Below are positions 14,225-29,280 of a DNA stretch of 64,000 nt, one piece after another (within the stretch, counting starts at the first letter, position 1; each line of letters starts with the position of its first letter). The stretch comes from the human T2T-CHM13v2.0 reference genome, Homo sapiens. The position numbers and the translations under genes are program-made. Below the pieces are notes generated by a model. The model was not told where the DNA came from. It saw only the letters and a program-made list of their open reading frames with translations, and made no database searches. The DNA lies in the NCBI RefSeq assembly GCF_009914755.1, contig NC_060944.1; one strand, written 5' to 3'.

Positions 14225-14833
14225 CTCATTTAGTATGAGAAGGGCACAGGACACGGGATGCCATCGATACCATCCTGGCACATCTGTGGCCTGTCCGGTC
14301 CTGGAGGTGGTAGAAAGTCCAGACAGTGAGGGGGCAATGGAGATGGCAGAGAACCAGGAGAGTTGGGGGCCGGGAGCTGGCGAAGAGTAGTTCCAAGAAG
14401 CAGCGGCCAGCAGAGCCGAGTGCTGCTGAGGCCATCAGGAAGATGCCTTGCGTTTGGTGCTACCCAGTTGTTAGGTTCTTGGGAAGAGTGGTCTCTTCGG
14501 AGTAGTGGGAACAGGTGAGGCTCTTGTGGATTGAGGAGAGGGTACAAGCAGGAGAAGGCTGCAGGGGGGTTTCCTTATAATTAAGTCCTTGAATAGAAGT
14601 CTTTAGAAGTATCAGTTTTTTAAAAAATTGGGTATTCAAGAGCTCAGTGGAGATCTTTTCTTCTTTTAAGGTAATGGCACTCTAGTGTCAAATGGAGTTT
14701 GGTGTAGTGCATGAATCATCTTTTGGATACTTTCTTCTTTTTAGCATACATTATCTTTTATTCTCTCAGCAACTGTGTGCCTTCCAACACAATGGTACCT
14801 GCCTTCTGATTTCTTTTGTTGTTCTTATGGCAG

Positions 14834-14929
14834 GTCTGGACAAAGACTGTCGCCTAACTGAACCGCTTGGCATGAGAATTGCAGAGTTTCCTTTGAATCC
14901 CATGTTTGCCAAAATGCTGCTTGAATCAG
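14834..14929 (+). CDS. DHX35: DHX35 coding exon: GLDKDCRLTEPLGMRIAEFPLNPMFAKMLLES (HA2)
   Basis: tggcag|GT acceptor, TCAG|gtgggt donor; 96 nt, phase 1 to 1; LTxLG...FPLxP HA2 signature. Confidence 0.96.
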
Positions 14930-15039
14930 GTGGGTAGAGCCTGATAGCTTGAATTGATTTTATTTTGACTGTCAGAGGTGTTGTTTGCCTGAATTCTGAG
15001 CACCCTGGGGAAGAGGGTACAATATGGTAAAGAAGTATA

Positions 15040-16420
15040 TATATATCTGTAACATAACATTTATTGTTTTAACCATTTTATGTGTGTAGTTCTGTGATAC
15101 AAAGTACGTTCACATTGTTGTGCAACCATCAGCACCATCCATTTCTAGAACTTTTTCCATCTTTTCCATTGAAACTCCATACTTGGTAAACACAAATTCC
15201 TTATTCTCTCCTCTGCCCCGCCCCTGGCAACCACCACTACTTTCTGTCTCTATGAATTTGACTGCTCTAAGAACCCTCAGAAGTGCAATCACACAGTATT
15301 TGTCCTTGTGACTCTCTTGTTTCTGTTAGCATAATGTCTTCCAGGTTCATCCATGTTGTAGTATGTGTTAAAATTTTCTTCATTTTTAAGGCGGAATAGT
15401 ATTTTATTGTATATCTATACCATGTTTTGTTTGTTTATCTGTTGACAGACACTTTGGTTGCTTCTAACTTTTGGCTATTGTGAATAATGCTGCTATGAAC
15501 ATGGATACACAAATATCATTTTGAGTCCCTGCTTTTATGTTTATTGGGTATATAGCCAGAAGTGGAATTACTAAATCATGATAATTCTTTAATTTTTAAA
15601 AATGTATTTTTAATTGACAAATAATAATTGTATATATTTATGAGATACAGTGTGATGTTTTAATCTATGTACACATTGTAGATTCAGTCAAGCAAATTAA
15701 CATATTCACCAACTCACCAACTTATCATTTTTTTTGTGCTAAGAATTTGTGCTAAGAATGTTAAAATTCTATTCTCTTAGCAATTTTGAAATATACGATA
15801 CATTATTATTAACTGTGGTCACCATGCAGTGCAATAGATCACTAAAACCTATTCCTCCAGTCTAACTGAAACTTTGTACCCTTTGATCAACACCTCCTCT
15901 TTCTCCATTCACCCCCTGACCCAGGGGATCTCCCAGCCTCTGGTAACCACCTTTCTACTCTCTGTTTCTATGAGATTGACTTTTTTAGATTCCATATATG
16001 AGTGAGATCATATGGTGTTTGTCTTTCTGTGCCTGCCTTATTTCACTTGGCATAATGTCCTCCAGTTCCATTTATGCTGTCATGAATGACAGTGTTCTCT
16101 TCTTTTTTAAGGCTGCATGTTATTTCATTGTGTGTGTACATATTTATATAAACCACATTTTCTTTCTTCATTCATCCAGTGAATGGACACTTGGATTGCT
16201 TCCAAATTGTGGCTGTTGTAAATAATGCTGAAATGAATATGGGAATGCAGATATCTCCTTGAAATACCAGTTTCAGTTCCTTTGCATATATACCTAGAAG
16301 TGTGATTGTCAGAGCATATAAGTCCATTTTTAGTTTTTTGAGGTAGTGCCCTACTATTTTCCATTAATAGGTGTACCATTTTGCATTTCTGCCAGCAGTA
16401 CACGAGGGTTCCAATTTCTT
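15040..16420 (-). mobile_element. Two adjacent L1M 3' fragments (L1MB- and L1MA-like)
   Basis: Two successive L1 3' UTR-like blocks, with a junction near 15600. Confidence 0.75.
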
Positions 16421-16686
16421 TGACTTCTTCAGATTTTTGTGAGGACATGGGTTCTAGGTTAAAAGATCTGGAAGTCTTCTCGTAATTAGAAATCAAAGTC
16501 ATCTAGAAAGTATAATTTGTTTTTTTACCTCTGGGAAAGACAGTTTAATTTTTTCTTGGTTTTGTCTAACTTTTATGTCAACTAGCAATTTATGAAGATG
16601 TACTTTAGACCCAGTATGGGGAAAGCTAACTAATTATGTTTTGGAACAACCACTTGTTCTCAGCCTTCCATTTAGAAACAGGATTC

Positions 16687-17000
16687 TTTTTTTTTTTTTT
16701 TTTTTTTTTTTTTTGAGACAGTGTCTCACTCTGTCGCCTAGACTAGAGTGCAGTGGCGCAATCTCAGCTCACTACAACCTCTGCCTCCTGGGTTCAGTTC
16801 AAGCAATTCTTGTGCCTCAGCCTCCTGAGTAGCTGGGATTACAGGCATGTGCCACCATGCCCAGCTAATTTTGTATTTTTAGTAGAGATGGGGTTTCACT
16901 ATGTTGGCCAGGCTGGTTTTGAACTCCTGACCTCAGGTCATCTGCCCGCCTTGGCCTCCCAAAGTGCTGGGATTACAGGTGTGAGCTACCACACCTGGCC
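16687..17000 (-). mobile_element. AluS
   Basis: Full dimer, long T tract; TSD agaaacaggattct. Confidence 0.92.
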
Positions 17001-17514
17001 GAGAAACAGGATTCTAAGTGTGGACTGGGGAAGTGCATCATTCATGAGATGGGAGGTAGTGGGGAGATGGGACGAGCAGTGTAGTGTACTCTGCCTTGTG
17101 CCCTGGAGTGGTGATTGCTGGTGACTGTTTCCAGGCGTTCCAGCAGCCCCCAGCGTGCTTTGCTGGTCTAGTTGTGCCTTGGGCTTCCCAGCTGAGATGA
17201 ACCCTTTTGAGAAGGAAGCCACTTCATAGAAGGGGTCAGGAGCAGAGAAACAGCAGAAGGGGCACAAGCCGCTCATTCCCTGTCCCCTCTCGGACTTCCT
17301 GCCAGGATTCCAGATGTTCCCACAGGAGGGTAGGGAGCAGGTGCGGAGCTGACCTGCCCTTAGTGATGGGGCCAGTCTTGACCTTGGCTTATAGTCAGAG
17401 TCCCCTATATTTCAGCTGCAGAGGGCAGTAACACCTCCTTTTTTGGAGTCCTTCAAGGCTACTATTCATCTGGGTTACATATGGGACTTCACATTTGGCT
17501 GAGTGAAATATTTT

Positions 17515-17733
17515 TATTTTATAAACTTCATTTTTTTGTTTTTATTTTTCTGAGAGAGGGTCTTGTGCTGTCACCCTGGCTGGAATGCAGTGGCGTGAAC
17601 TTGGCTCACTGCAGCCTTGACCTCCCAGCTTTAAGCAATCCTCCTGAGTAGCTGGACCACAGGCACATACCACCATGCCTGGCTAATTGTTTAATTTTTT
17701 GTAGAGATGGGGTTTTGCCATGCTGCCCAGGCT
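17515..17733 (-). mobile_element. AluJ partial
   Basis: Diverged right arm plus part of left arm. Confidence 0.75.
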
Positions 17734-17878
17734 TATATACTATACACTTTAAAAATTAAGCTCTAGAAAAAATATGATCTTAGTCTTCAGTGTGGTGCAA
17801 GGAAAGTATCAGAAAATGTCTTTCACTTCTTGTTGGCACATTATATGGTTGAAACCAAACATGCTTTTTGTTTTACAG

Positions 17879-17973
17879 GAAACTTCGGCTGTTCTCAGGA
17901 AATTCTAAGCATCGCTGCCATGATGCAGATCCAGAATATCTTTGTGGTCCCCCCAAACCAGAAGTCTCACGCA
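17879..17973 (+). CDS. DHX35: DHX35 coding exon: GNFGCSQEILSIAAMMQIQNIFVVPPNQKSHA
   Basis: ttttacag|GA acceptor, GCA|gtaagt donor; 95 nt, phase 1 to 0. Confidence 0.96.
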
Positions 17974-18197
17974 GTAAGTCAGCTCTGTCCCCAGGCTGTC
18001 TGTACCAGTCTCTTTTGCTTTGAGCTTTCGTTGTCAAAACTGTACTCAGGAACTGCTGAAGACAGAGCTGTACAAATGTGATCTGCTCATGTTTTGAGTG
18101 TTTATTCCGTGCTTGATGTTGTGTCAGGTGTTTTGCAGGCATCATTCCACTTTATCTTCATTATAAGCCTGGGAAGTAGATATTATTATCATATTTT

Positions 18198-18493
18198 ATT
18201 TATTTATTTATTTATTGAGAGGAAGTCTCGCTCTGTTGCTCAGGCTGGAATGCAGTGGCGTGATCTCAGCCCACTGCAACTGCACTCTGCCTCCCAGGTT
18301 CAAGTGATGCTCCTGCCTCCCATGTAGCTAGGATTACAAGCGTGCTCCACCACGCCCGGCTAATTTTTGTATTTTTAGTAGAGATGGGGTTTCACCATAT
18401 TGGCCAGGCCGGTCTCGAACTCCTGACCTCAGGTGATCCGCCCTTGACCTCCCAAAGTGCTGGTATTACAAGCGTGAGCCACCGTGCCCGGCC
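18198..18493 (-). mobile_element. AluS inserted in a MIR
   Basis: TSD tattatcatatttta; MIR core continues at 18510-18610. Confidence 0.88.
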
Positions 18494-19394
18494 TATTATC
18501 ATATTTTAAAGATGGAGGCATAGAGAGGTTAGGTAACTCATTCACAGTTGCACAGCCAGAATTGTTGGCTCTGGATTCACAGTCCAGAGCCCCACACCTT
18601 AACCATTGAACTACCAACTTCTAGTTTCTGTCAGGGAAATTGTCATTCAGACTGCTCTGCTAGAAACCTTGGTGGGCACATTAGTGACATAAGAAGTCAG
18701 GTGCCAGGGTATAGCAGGCTGATTCTGGGCACCACACGACATCATGGTCATGTTGCAGGTGGGCCATTATAAGCTAGAGAGATCCAATCCCCACCTAAGG
18801 TGCAGGCATCAGCAATGACTAATTGAGTGAACACTGGAAAGACGGAAGGACAAGTTTTGATACTGAAGAGATAGATACTCAGAAGTAAGGTGTGTTGATA
18901 GAGGTAGGTCAGAGATGAGTTCAAAGTCAGTTCCTGTTTGAAAGTCAGAGAATTAGCAGCCTTATGCATGGAGGGGCTGAATTTGTATGTGTAATGAGGA
19001 GGAGAGAGACTTTCTTAGGGATTGTTGGGATCCTCCTTGTCAGTTGTATAACTATAGATTACAAAGTTTTTCTGCCTCTGTGCCCAGATGCTTATGTCTG
19101 TTTTTGTTTAGTTTTGTTTTTAATTAACCTGGAGGAGGAGAGAGACAAGAACACTAACATTTTATCAAATTTCTTTGCCAGATACCTTGTAATAAATTAT
19201 CTTAATCCACAGCAATCTTGATAGGTTTAGTTTCCTGATTTTACAGATAAGGAAATCAAGGCTGAGAGAGGTTAAGTAACCAAGCTGAGTTCTTTCAAGA
19301 TATGGCAGAGCTAGAATGCTGCAAACTAGGTCTTTCTGAATCCATAACCCACACGCTATTCACCATGCAATATTACTTCCAGTGCAAAAGTCAA

Positions 19395-19703
<309 letters not shown>

Positions 19704-19727
19704 TGAATGTTGCTTCATTCTTTCCAG

Positions 19728-19805
19728 ATTCGAGTGCACCGTAAATTTGCTGTGGAGGAGGGCGACCACCTCACTATGCTCAATATATATGAAGCATTTA
19801 TCAAA
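19728..19805 (+). CDS. DHX35: DHX35 coding exon: [26 protein letters not shown]
   Basis: tttccag|ATT acceptor, AAA|gtaagc donor; 78 nt, phase 0 to 0; GDHLT motif. Confidence 0.96.
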
Positions 19806-21267
19806 GTAAGCACAACTACTGCTCGAAGTGCCGCCTCAACACACCACCCTCTGGAGGTGATCTAGGAGGGAGGATCCCAGAAGTTCAGTTCGTAAAGGAA
19901 TGTCCAAGAGAGCCCTTGATTTTCCTGTTAGATTTATTGCCAGTACTTCTAACTGGTGGGTCGGGCTTTCTGCCTGAGTTTGTGGTGAGGTATTGCTGAG
20001 AAGAACACAGGAATCATTCATTGCTTTCCCTTGCTTGGAGATATGGTACACTAGTGGCAGGCCAGTGGCCCAGCCTCACGTCATCTCACATCCACTGTGC
20101 AGTAGACAGAAAGGCAACATTTGAATAGGAAGTTCTGTTACATTTTCTGCCAGGTGAATGAGGCTGAGAGCAACTTGTAGTCCTGGGTTGAATCTTCAAA
20201 GCTGTCCCAGCTGCCATGAGAAGACATTTAGTTGAGATCTGTGCATATTCACATATCCCACCCATATTTAGCTATAAGTGATGTTAATTTTTTATTGTTA
20301 ATATTCTTTAAAACTAAGCAAATAATACAGCTTAAAGTTCTCATGAAAAATTGTTAATAAAGGTGATGAAAATGATGAAAAAAGTAACCTTACATAAAAG
20401 AAAGGGTATAATACTTCAGATTTTTAATACTCATTTCTTAAATACTCTTTTAGAAGTGAAGAAATACTAAATTTTTGTTTACCAGTGATTTGAGGAAGAT
20501 TATTCAGTTGGTGAAAAGTTTTCAGAAAAAAGAAATTCACTCTTTTTGAGACTTACGGCTTAAATCAGTTAAAATTCATTTGTACAGGCACAATGTATCA
20601 TCTGCAGTCTGAAGCTTTCTCTACCACTAGAAAGTGGGTATAGGTCTACATTGTATTATTCTATGGTTGCCTTCTTGGAATATCTTCTATTAATTACATT
20701 TTCTTTTTTAAAGCACTTTAACTTACAATAGAATTTCAGAGGTACATTTCCACAGCAATAATTTACTCTAAGACATAATGATCATACTTATGAATGCAGA
20801 AAAAATTAAATACTGTTGATAGAAAAATCATGCTTTGGGGACAAATAATAGTAATTTGTAAATTATTTCTACATTGGCAAGTGTCATATTGTTGGCTTCT
20901 AGTATAATAAAGTGATACATTCAAGCATGCCAAAGAAGAAAAGTTGATTTACAAAGAACCACGTGGAGAAATGGTTCTTTCTGATAGTTCACATCTCATG
21001 AAGGTATGTAAGATTGAAACCGTTTCTGCGTGTCATTAAGTTCTCATTTGCCCTTTAGTGTAAAGAGTGAGGTTGCAGAGCAGTCAGATGTGTGCAAGGT
21101 TGTTAACATCTGTTTTGAGAGATGGGGCAAAAAAGGGCCAGTTCCCATCTTTAGATCTTATGCCGTTGAACAGCACATGGGGGAAGAGAGAAGAATGATC
21201 TTTACAACATAGCCTTAGTCGAGAACATATCTGTTTTCTAACTCCCTCTCTCTGGGTTGTTCTGTAG

Positions 21268-21397
21268 CACAATAAGGACTCTAAATGGTGTCAGGAACAT
21301 TTCCTGAATTACAAGGGTCTTGTCAGAGCTGCGACTGTAAGAGAACAATTGAAAAAGCTTCTTGTCAAGTTTCAAGTGCCCAGGAAGTCTAGTGAAG
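21268..21397 (+). CDS. DHX35: DHX35 coding exon: HNKDSKWCQEHFLNYKGLVRAATVREQLKKLLVKFQVPRKSSE
   Basis: tctgtag|CAC acceptor, GAAG|gtgaga donor; 130 nt, phase 0 to 1; WCxxxFLN motif. Confidence 0.96.
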
Positions 21398-24300
21398 GTG
21401 AGAAGAAACCGTCCCAGCGGGTGACCTCCCTTGCTTCATTCTGTTGAGTTGTCTTCCTAAAGTTCTCATGCTGGGCTGGTGCGAGGCAGTGTGGCGTGCT
21501 CTGTACCAACACTGGGTTTTATATTTTGAGTTGCCTGCATCTGTGAAAAGCTGAAGGTCAAGTTGCGTATTTTTTCCAAGGAGGTCTATTTTTCTTTCTG
21601 ATGGGCATTCTTACTAAAGGAATTTCATAGCCCATGACAATACTTAAGAATCACTAACAGTCACATCAGTGCACATCATGTCATTGATTTTCCCATGTAG
21701 GCTTTGCAAGAAAAATTACTTTTTGATCAGTGATATTAGTAGCTATTACATAAAAATTAAATTTTATATTCAAAGACAAGTATTATTAAAGCAAGTGCTG
21801 GATATTTAGCCTAGGCAGCCACTAAAGGTAAGACAGAAAAGTACTATGTAAGACGTAGTCTCTGGCCTCTAGCAGTGACAGTGACTACTATTAATCAGGG
21901 ACACAGTAGGTTACGCTGTGGCAGGGGTTCTCCAAATATTCTCTTGCTCAATCTCGCACTCTGTGAGGTGTCGGTAATGTTATCCTCATTTTACAATTAG
22001 TCGTAAGATCCTAGGGAGAAGGTAGATTAAATTCAGGACCACGCAACTGGTAAGGAGGAGAGCCAGATCTGTATGTGGCTCAGAAGTCTACGCTTTTAAG
22101 GAAGTGACACACCCGCCTCAGCAGTCAGCCTGAAAGCCTAGTGTGCCAGGTACTCAGCCACATCCTCAGCACCATTAGTACTTGGTAACATTTCCTGAGT
22201 GCTTATAAGTGGCTAGACAGTGCACTGAGTGTTCCATGTGTTTATTAATTTAATGCTCACAACAACGCTGTGAAACGTGTGCTCTTTTCCCCATCTTATA
22301 GGTGAGAAAAGCGTGGCTAAGAGGTAAAATGTAACTTGCTGAAGTTACACAGTGAGGGTATGATGGAGTCAGAACCTGAGCCCAGGCGGTTCCATTTAAG
22401 TCTTCTTTTGTCTTTATACTAAGAGCAAGTGATTAAACAATGACGGAGTCTTGGCTTTTACTCTAAGGGAACAGTGTAATGAAGGGAGAGATTCATATGG
22501 ATAGACAAAGTACTAAGATTATCAGTCCTCTTCGAAGTTAAAGTAGTAGATACTTTAGTAATCATAGAAGACGTGCTGGCAGATGTGGAAGGAATGCCGG
22601 GAAGAAGGAATCCAGAGAGGGCTAGCTTGGGAAGTCTTTCAGCTTCCTTGAGGTGTGGTGGGAGTCCGGTCAAGCTTTGGGGTCTGGTTGAATTAGAAAA
22701 TGGTGGCAAAGAGCACTCTAGGGAAGGAGGACTGGAGACAAGTGCTTGGAGTGAGGAGTATATGAGACGCTCAGAGAATATTTGATGGGTGAATACACTC
22801 ACGAGAGAGGGAAGAGTTGAAACCTGGGCCATTGAGCCATGTTGGAGTCATTGATAGAAACAGGATGCTTACAAGGAGCACCTAGTTGGAGAGCAGCTCG
22901 TCAAACGCCTGTCACCCAGCAGGTAGATGACAGCCTTACTTCAGCAATTGGTGTTCTTCACCTGTGTTTCATTATCAGACCCCTGCCCAGGAGAAAAGTT
23001 AAATTTAAATTCTACCCAGCCTGAGAAATTAAATACTAAGGAATAAGATTTTGTAGGGTAGGATTGAGCTTTGGAGGGCTACCGGCCATTGTAGTGTCTA
23101 AGATGCTCCCCTCCCCCTGCCTCCAAGAACCAGTTTCCACCCCTTTGGAAGTGATATCACCCCTGTTTAGAGTGCATATTTTACATGGAAATTTCTTATG
23201 GACAATAGGAGAGAAGAGACTGGATATCGGATTAGATCATATTTAGACATGTAGATTTGAGATTTTATCAGCTCAGTGCTTAGGAAAAATACAGAAAATC
23301 ATGGAGACTAAATAAATTACATGCAAATTTAAAACATCTAAGGGTTAAAAAATAGAAAGCAATTAGTGAAAGATACTTTCAGCAGTCATGAGATAAATGA
23401 TAAAGATTAAAAACTTTATTATAGAATGATTTTATTTAATATATTTAGGAAAAAACAGTTTTCAGGTTGATAAATGGGCTAAGGATTAGAACAAAAAATT
23501 CACAAAAGAAGAAATATGCCGATAGTAATCAAATAAATGTAATATAAAAGAAGGTAACAGAAGGTAACACTTTTTGCCAAAACATTGCTAGTAAGAATGC
23601 AGTGAAACTGCCATTTTTATATATTGTTGATGGCTTTGGAAATAGTACCACCTTTATGGAACTTACTTACCAACATGCTTTATTCCATTGGATCTAAGAT
23701 ACCATCATGTGTAAGAAACATCGTTATTTTATGTGTCACCAAAGAAAAAAAATGCTGCCAGTTATCATTGTAAAATGCTGTCCTAATTTCAGTGAATTAA
23801 AGTTAGAAAAAGAGCGAGTCTTAAAATTGATGAGATGTGATATGTCATTAACCATAAAAATAACATTAGCCTTTTGCACAACAATTTGGAATGTATCCTA
23901 TGGACATCATCTAATAGTGGGGAAGCTTTATTCATGGAAGATGTTAGCTGTAGCAATAGAAACACCAGTTAAAATGGAACATTTGAAAAATTTGAAGAAT
24001 TACTTCAATTTTCAAACACTAGCTCATAACCACAGAAGTAACGTTGTATACTATCTCCAGTTTGTGTTTTATAGAAAGAACATTGTTGCCATATGACACT
24101 CTTTTACAAAGGAGTTCTGAGGTCACTGACCAGCCTGCAGAGCAGCACTCTTAGGTTCTGGTGCCCAGCCATGGTCCAGTCATCTGTGGCTTAGGGGAGG
24201 TTGGAGGGGTCCCAGGTTCAAGGAGCAGACCAGCATTGTTGTCAGCAGCAGTTGTGGGGAGTGGGACCTCCTTAGATGGTGCTGGGGCAGGCATCCAGCA

Positions 24301-24455
24301 TTGGGAAGGGTAGGGCTGGAGCCATTTCAGGAGAGGGTTTCCAGGTGTCTTGAAGCAGCCTGGGGTGGTGCTGGGAGTGGATCCTGTGCATTAGAGCACA
24401 CGGAGCCTAGGGCAGGCAAGGGTTTCACCCGCCTCTCTGTTGGCTGCCTATGTAG

Positions 24456-24537
24456 GTGACCCGGATCTGGTTCTGAGGTGCATTGTCTCCGGCTTCTTCG
24501 CCAATGCAGCGAGGTTTCATTCTACTGGAGCTTATAG
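24456..24537 (+). CDS. DHX35: DHX35 coding exon: GDPDLVLRCIVSGFFANAARFHSTGAY(R)
   Basis: atgtag|GT acceptor, TAG|gtaaca donor; 82 nt, phase 1 to 2; GFFxNAA motif. Confidence 0.96.
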
Positions 24538-26018
24538 GTAACATGATACTTGGTGAAGTCATTTGTTAAAGGAACAATCTTACAAATGACCCAAACCCCA
24601 CAGAAAGCTGTGCAGAGATAGTAATTGCATAATTATTTGTAATTTCTACCATGTCTCCTTCCAAAACTGAGTTGAGGTTAGCGACATAGCTTTAAGCAAA
24701 ATATCTTGACTTTCTAAAAATGATTCTCACATATTCAGCTCATCTATATGTTGTATGTTTTAGAAGGATGACAATTATACATCTTGAGGCTGGTAATATT
24801 TCAATTCTAATGATAGAATAATATGACCTGAAGAAACTATTAAAAATAATGTTTCTCAGAGAAGTTATTTTACAATTGGCTAGTTTATTATGTCTTTAGA
24901 GATCTGCACGACTGAAGTCCCCTCCCACCCTGGTATAGTGTGGCCACGTCTGGTGTCTTTGGAGGTAGCCAGGTGTTTCTCATGTGCTGGATGTGCCTCC
25001 TGCTACATAACCTGATTCTTCCAGTTCCATTTTCTAGGCATAGGAAATCACTCATTGATGCCTTCCTAATGGTCTTTACTATATTCAAATGCAGTGAAAA
25101 CTAAGCATAGCTTAGGCATACTGTAGCCTGTCAGTATCATGATTCTCCAAACTAATCATTCCAGTGCTTTGAATTGTTACTTTTATTCTGTCTTTTCTGT
25201 CTTTGGCTCATTTTAGTTTCATAACCTCAGTGTAGCCTCCTAAAAGTGTAGCTATCATCATTTTCTGTTCTTTAATAAGAGAACACTCCAAAGAATTTCT
25301 CCCCAGCTCTTCTATGTATTATTTTGTCATTAATTTTTTTTCCCAGAGAAAATATTACTGCCCTGTTATCTTGAGGTCAGCCAAGATATCCCTTGTCCTG
25401 GGCTCCTGTTAATGAGTCCAGAGTTGCACTGAGCCTTTTTTAATTTTGACAGCCAGATCTGCTCCATCTAGTATCCTAGTAGCCGACTGTTGGAACTGCA
25501 GGATAGCACTTTACAATGATCTCTAGTATGTTCTCTTTGTTACTCCAGGCATGTTGTAGCCTGTCAGTATTGTGATTCATTTGCCCATTGTATGAGCTCA
25601 CCTCCCCACCCTGAGTTGTCTGTATTTGAGGCAACTTGTCCATGTGGAGGCGACCCCCACGGTGGCCCGAGATCTTCCCTAAGGAGTGCTGCCAGCTTGT
25701 CATCTTGATTGCTCCTACTCTCCTGGAGAGTTAGCAATTTTGACTAGCGTTTGGAAAATTCTTTTATCAGTGTCCTTAGCAACAATGTGGGCTACCTAAG
25801 AGGTTCCAGGCTAATCATTCCTTTGAGACAACATTTAGTGTTGATCAGCTCACCACCCCCTGGTAGGACAGCCCAGGACCCCAGGACGCTGGCTTTATTA
25901 CAATGCCGACGAGGCATTCCGTCACAGCACTTGAAGCACTTCCCCCAAGAAACAGATCATTCTACTGAGTTGGAATTGGAAGTACTATTTCAGAGAAATT
26001 AATAGTCCAGTATTGAGC

Positions 26019-26316
<298 letters not shown>

Positions 26317-26695
26317 GTGAGCTTTCTTTTTTCATTATCGTTACGTCCCCCTATAGTCATTATCTTTAGTATTTAACTTTGCTTTTTAGATTATAGAAGA
26401 AATCACATGTATTATTTCCATTCCAAAGGAAATTGTTTTGAAAGAGCACCTGCAGAAGATACACATAAACATAGGCAGAGCATTTTATTCCTAAATGTTT
26501 TTTCTAAGTGTCCGCGTGTTGCTTTTCTCCTCTTCGCTTTTTCCACGTGATTTATTCTTGACTTCTGGGGTGGCAGCCAGGAGAGGGATCAAGAAAGGTT
26601 GCAAGAGAAGATGGAGATAATTGTTTTGCTTGTGACGAGTTCAGTCTGCATGCTTTTTTGGTAATATTAAAAATATCTGTGGGAAAGTCTTGCTA

Positions 26696-27265
<570 letters not shown>

Positions 27266-27371
27266 TCACTCATCCACTCAGCAAACGTTCATTTTCAACC
27301 ACTGACTGGATGCTTAGCCCTGCATGAGGCACAGCTATGCAGAGATGAATTGGGATCCCAGCTCACGGTTC

Positions 27372-27693
<322 letters not shown>

Positions 27694-28201
27694 TAGGGAC
27701 AGACACAGAGTCAACTACCTTAGGGGAAGGGCTTTACTAGCAGCATGGATGAAGTGCTGGGCTCAGCACATCATGTGCCAGTGAGAGTCAGGGCAGGCTT
27801 CATGGAGGAGATAACATTCATTCTGAACCTGGAAACAAGAGTGTTCAGTCAGAAAGGACCCGGAGGGTATTCTAGGTAGAGAAGTAGCAGGGGCAGAGCC
27901 ATGGAACATAAAGGAACCTCATGCGTTTGGGAAGTGGGGAATCATTGGTATGGGTGGCCCATGCAATGGTGCTGCTCTGTAACACTGCCTAGGAAGAAAG
28001 AGGTAAGCACAGAAGTCTAGAGTAGGCCTTTAGACATCTTTATAACATTTCAATGGTTAAGTTTATGTTTGTCCAATTTAATAATAAAAATTGGGGGCTT
28101 ATATTTTTCTTGTTTACAATTTCATTTTTCTAGAATTCATTTATATTGTATTTTACCAATAAAAAGTACTGATTAAAAGTACTGATCAACCATGGATTGG
28201 A

Positions 28202-28509
28202 TTTTGTTTTTTTGAGACAGTGTCTCACTCTGTGTTTTTGAGACAGTGTCTCAATCTGTTGCCCAGTGGTGTGATCTTGGCTCACTTCAATCTCCACCTT
28301 CGGGGTTCAAGTGATTCTCCTGCCTCAGCCTCCTGAGTAGCTGGGATTACAGGTGCATGCAACCATGCCCAGCTAATTTTTGTATTTTTAGTAGAGACGG
28401 GGTTTTGCCGTGTTGGCCAGGCTGGTCTCAAACTCCTGACCTCAGGTGATCTGCCCACCTCAGCCTCCCAAAGTGCTGGGATTACAGGCGTGAGCCACTG
28501 TGCCTGGCC
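28202..28509 (-). mobile_element. AluS with a duplicated 3' end
   Basis: tttttgagacagtgtctca..ctgt occurs twice in tandem. Confidence 0.88.
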
Positions 28510-28667
28510 CAGATTGGAAATTTTAAAGACGACAACAACTTGTCCTTCTCCAATTGGAAGATGGAGAAGCCCTGGGAAAAAGGGTGGGGTGTGTGTGAAG
28601 AGAGGGAGAGAAGATAGCGGTAGATTTGAAGGCAAGAAAGTCTGTGGTCAAACACTTTGTACCCTAG

Positions 28668-28855
28668 AATTGCAGCTTTCAAAATGTGGTCTCCAGCCCA
28701 GCATCAGTATCACCTGGAAACTTGTACGAAATGCAGCTTCTCAGGCCATGCCAAGTCCCATTCAATCAGAAACTGGACTAGGGCCTAGGACTCCATTTTA
28801 ACAAGCCCTCCAGATGTTTCTTTTGGGCAGTAAAGTTTGAGTTCTGTTTCCCTAG
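28668..28855. mobile_element. MER5-family hAT DNA transposon
   Basis: cagcatcagtatcacctggaaacttgt..gaaatgcag; ttttaacaagccctccag. Confidence 0.7.
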
Positions 28856-29009
28856 ACCAAGGAATCGGATTTATCCTGTAGCCACTGCAGACCTAGAAGT
28901 TGCTTAGGTTGAAAGCACCTTGGTCGGTTCTGGGTTTAGAAATGTTACCCAGTGACCACACTAATGTGGTCAGGATACGCACACTCGTGTGCAGGATAAT
29001 TTGAAGAGT

Positions 29010-29280
29010 GCCCACGCCTGTCATCTCAGCACTTTTGAGAGGCTGAGGCCAGAGGATTGCTTGAGGTCAGGAGTTCAATACCAGCCTGGGTGCCATAGCC
29101 AGACCTCAACTCTCAAAAAAAAAATGAGCCAGGCATGGTGGCACGTGGCTGTAGTACTAGCTACTCAGGAGACTGAGACAGGAGGATCGCTTGAGCCCAG
29201 GAGATTCAGGCTTCAGTGAGCCATGATTGCACCACTGCACTCTAGCCTGGGTGACAGAGCGAGACCCTGCCTTTAAAAAA
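29010..29280 (+). mobile_element. AluJ
   Basis: Diverged dimer. Confidence 0.85.

Noticed and set aside
15733-15758. Short direct duplications (tttgtgctaagaa x2; also agaaggtaac x2 near 23550, aaaagtactgat x2 near 28165, gagatcagagc x2 near 37595)
   Set aside because: Ordinary slippage duplications with only two copies and no regular spacers; not CRISPR-like
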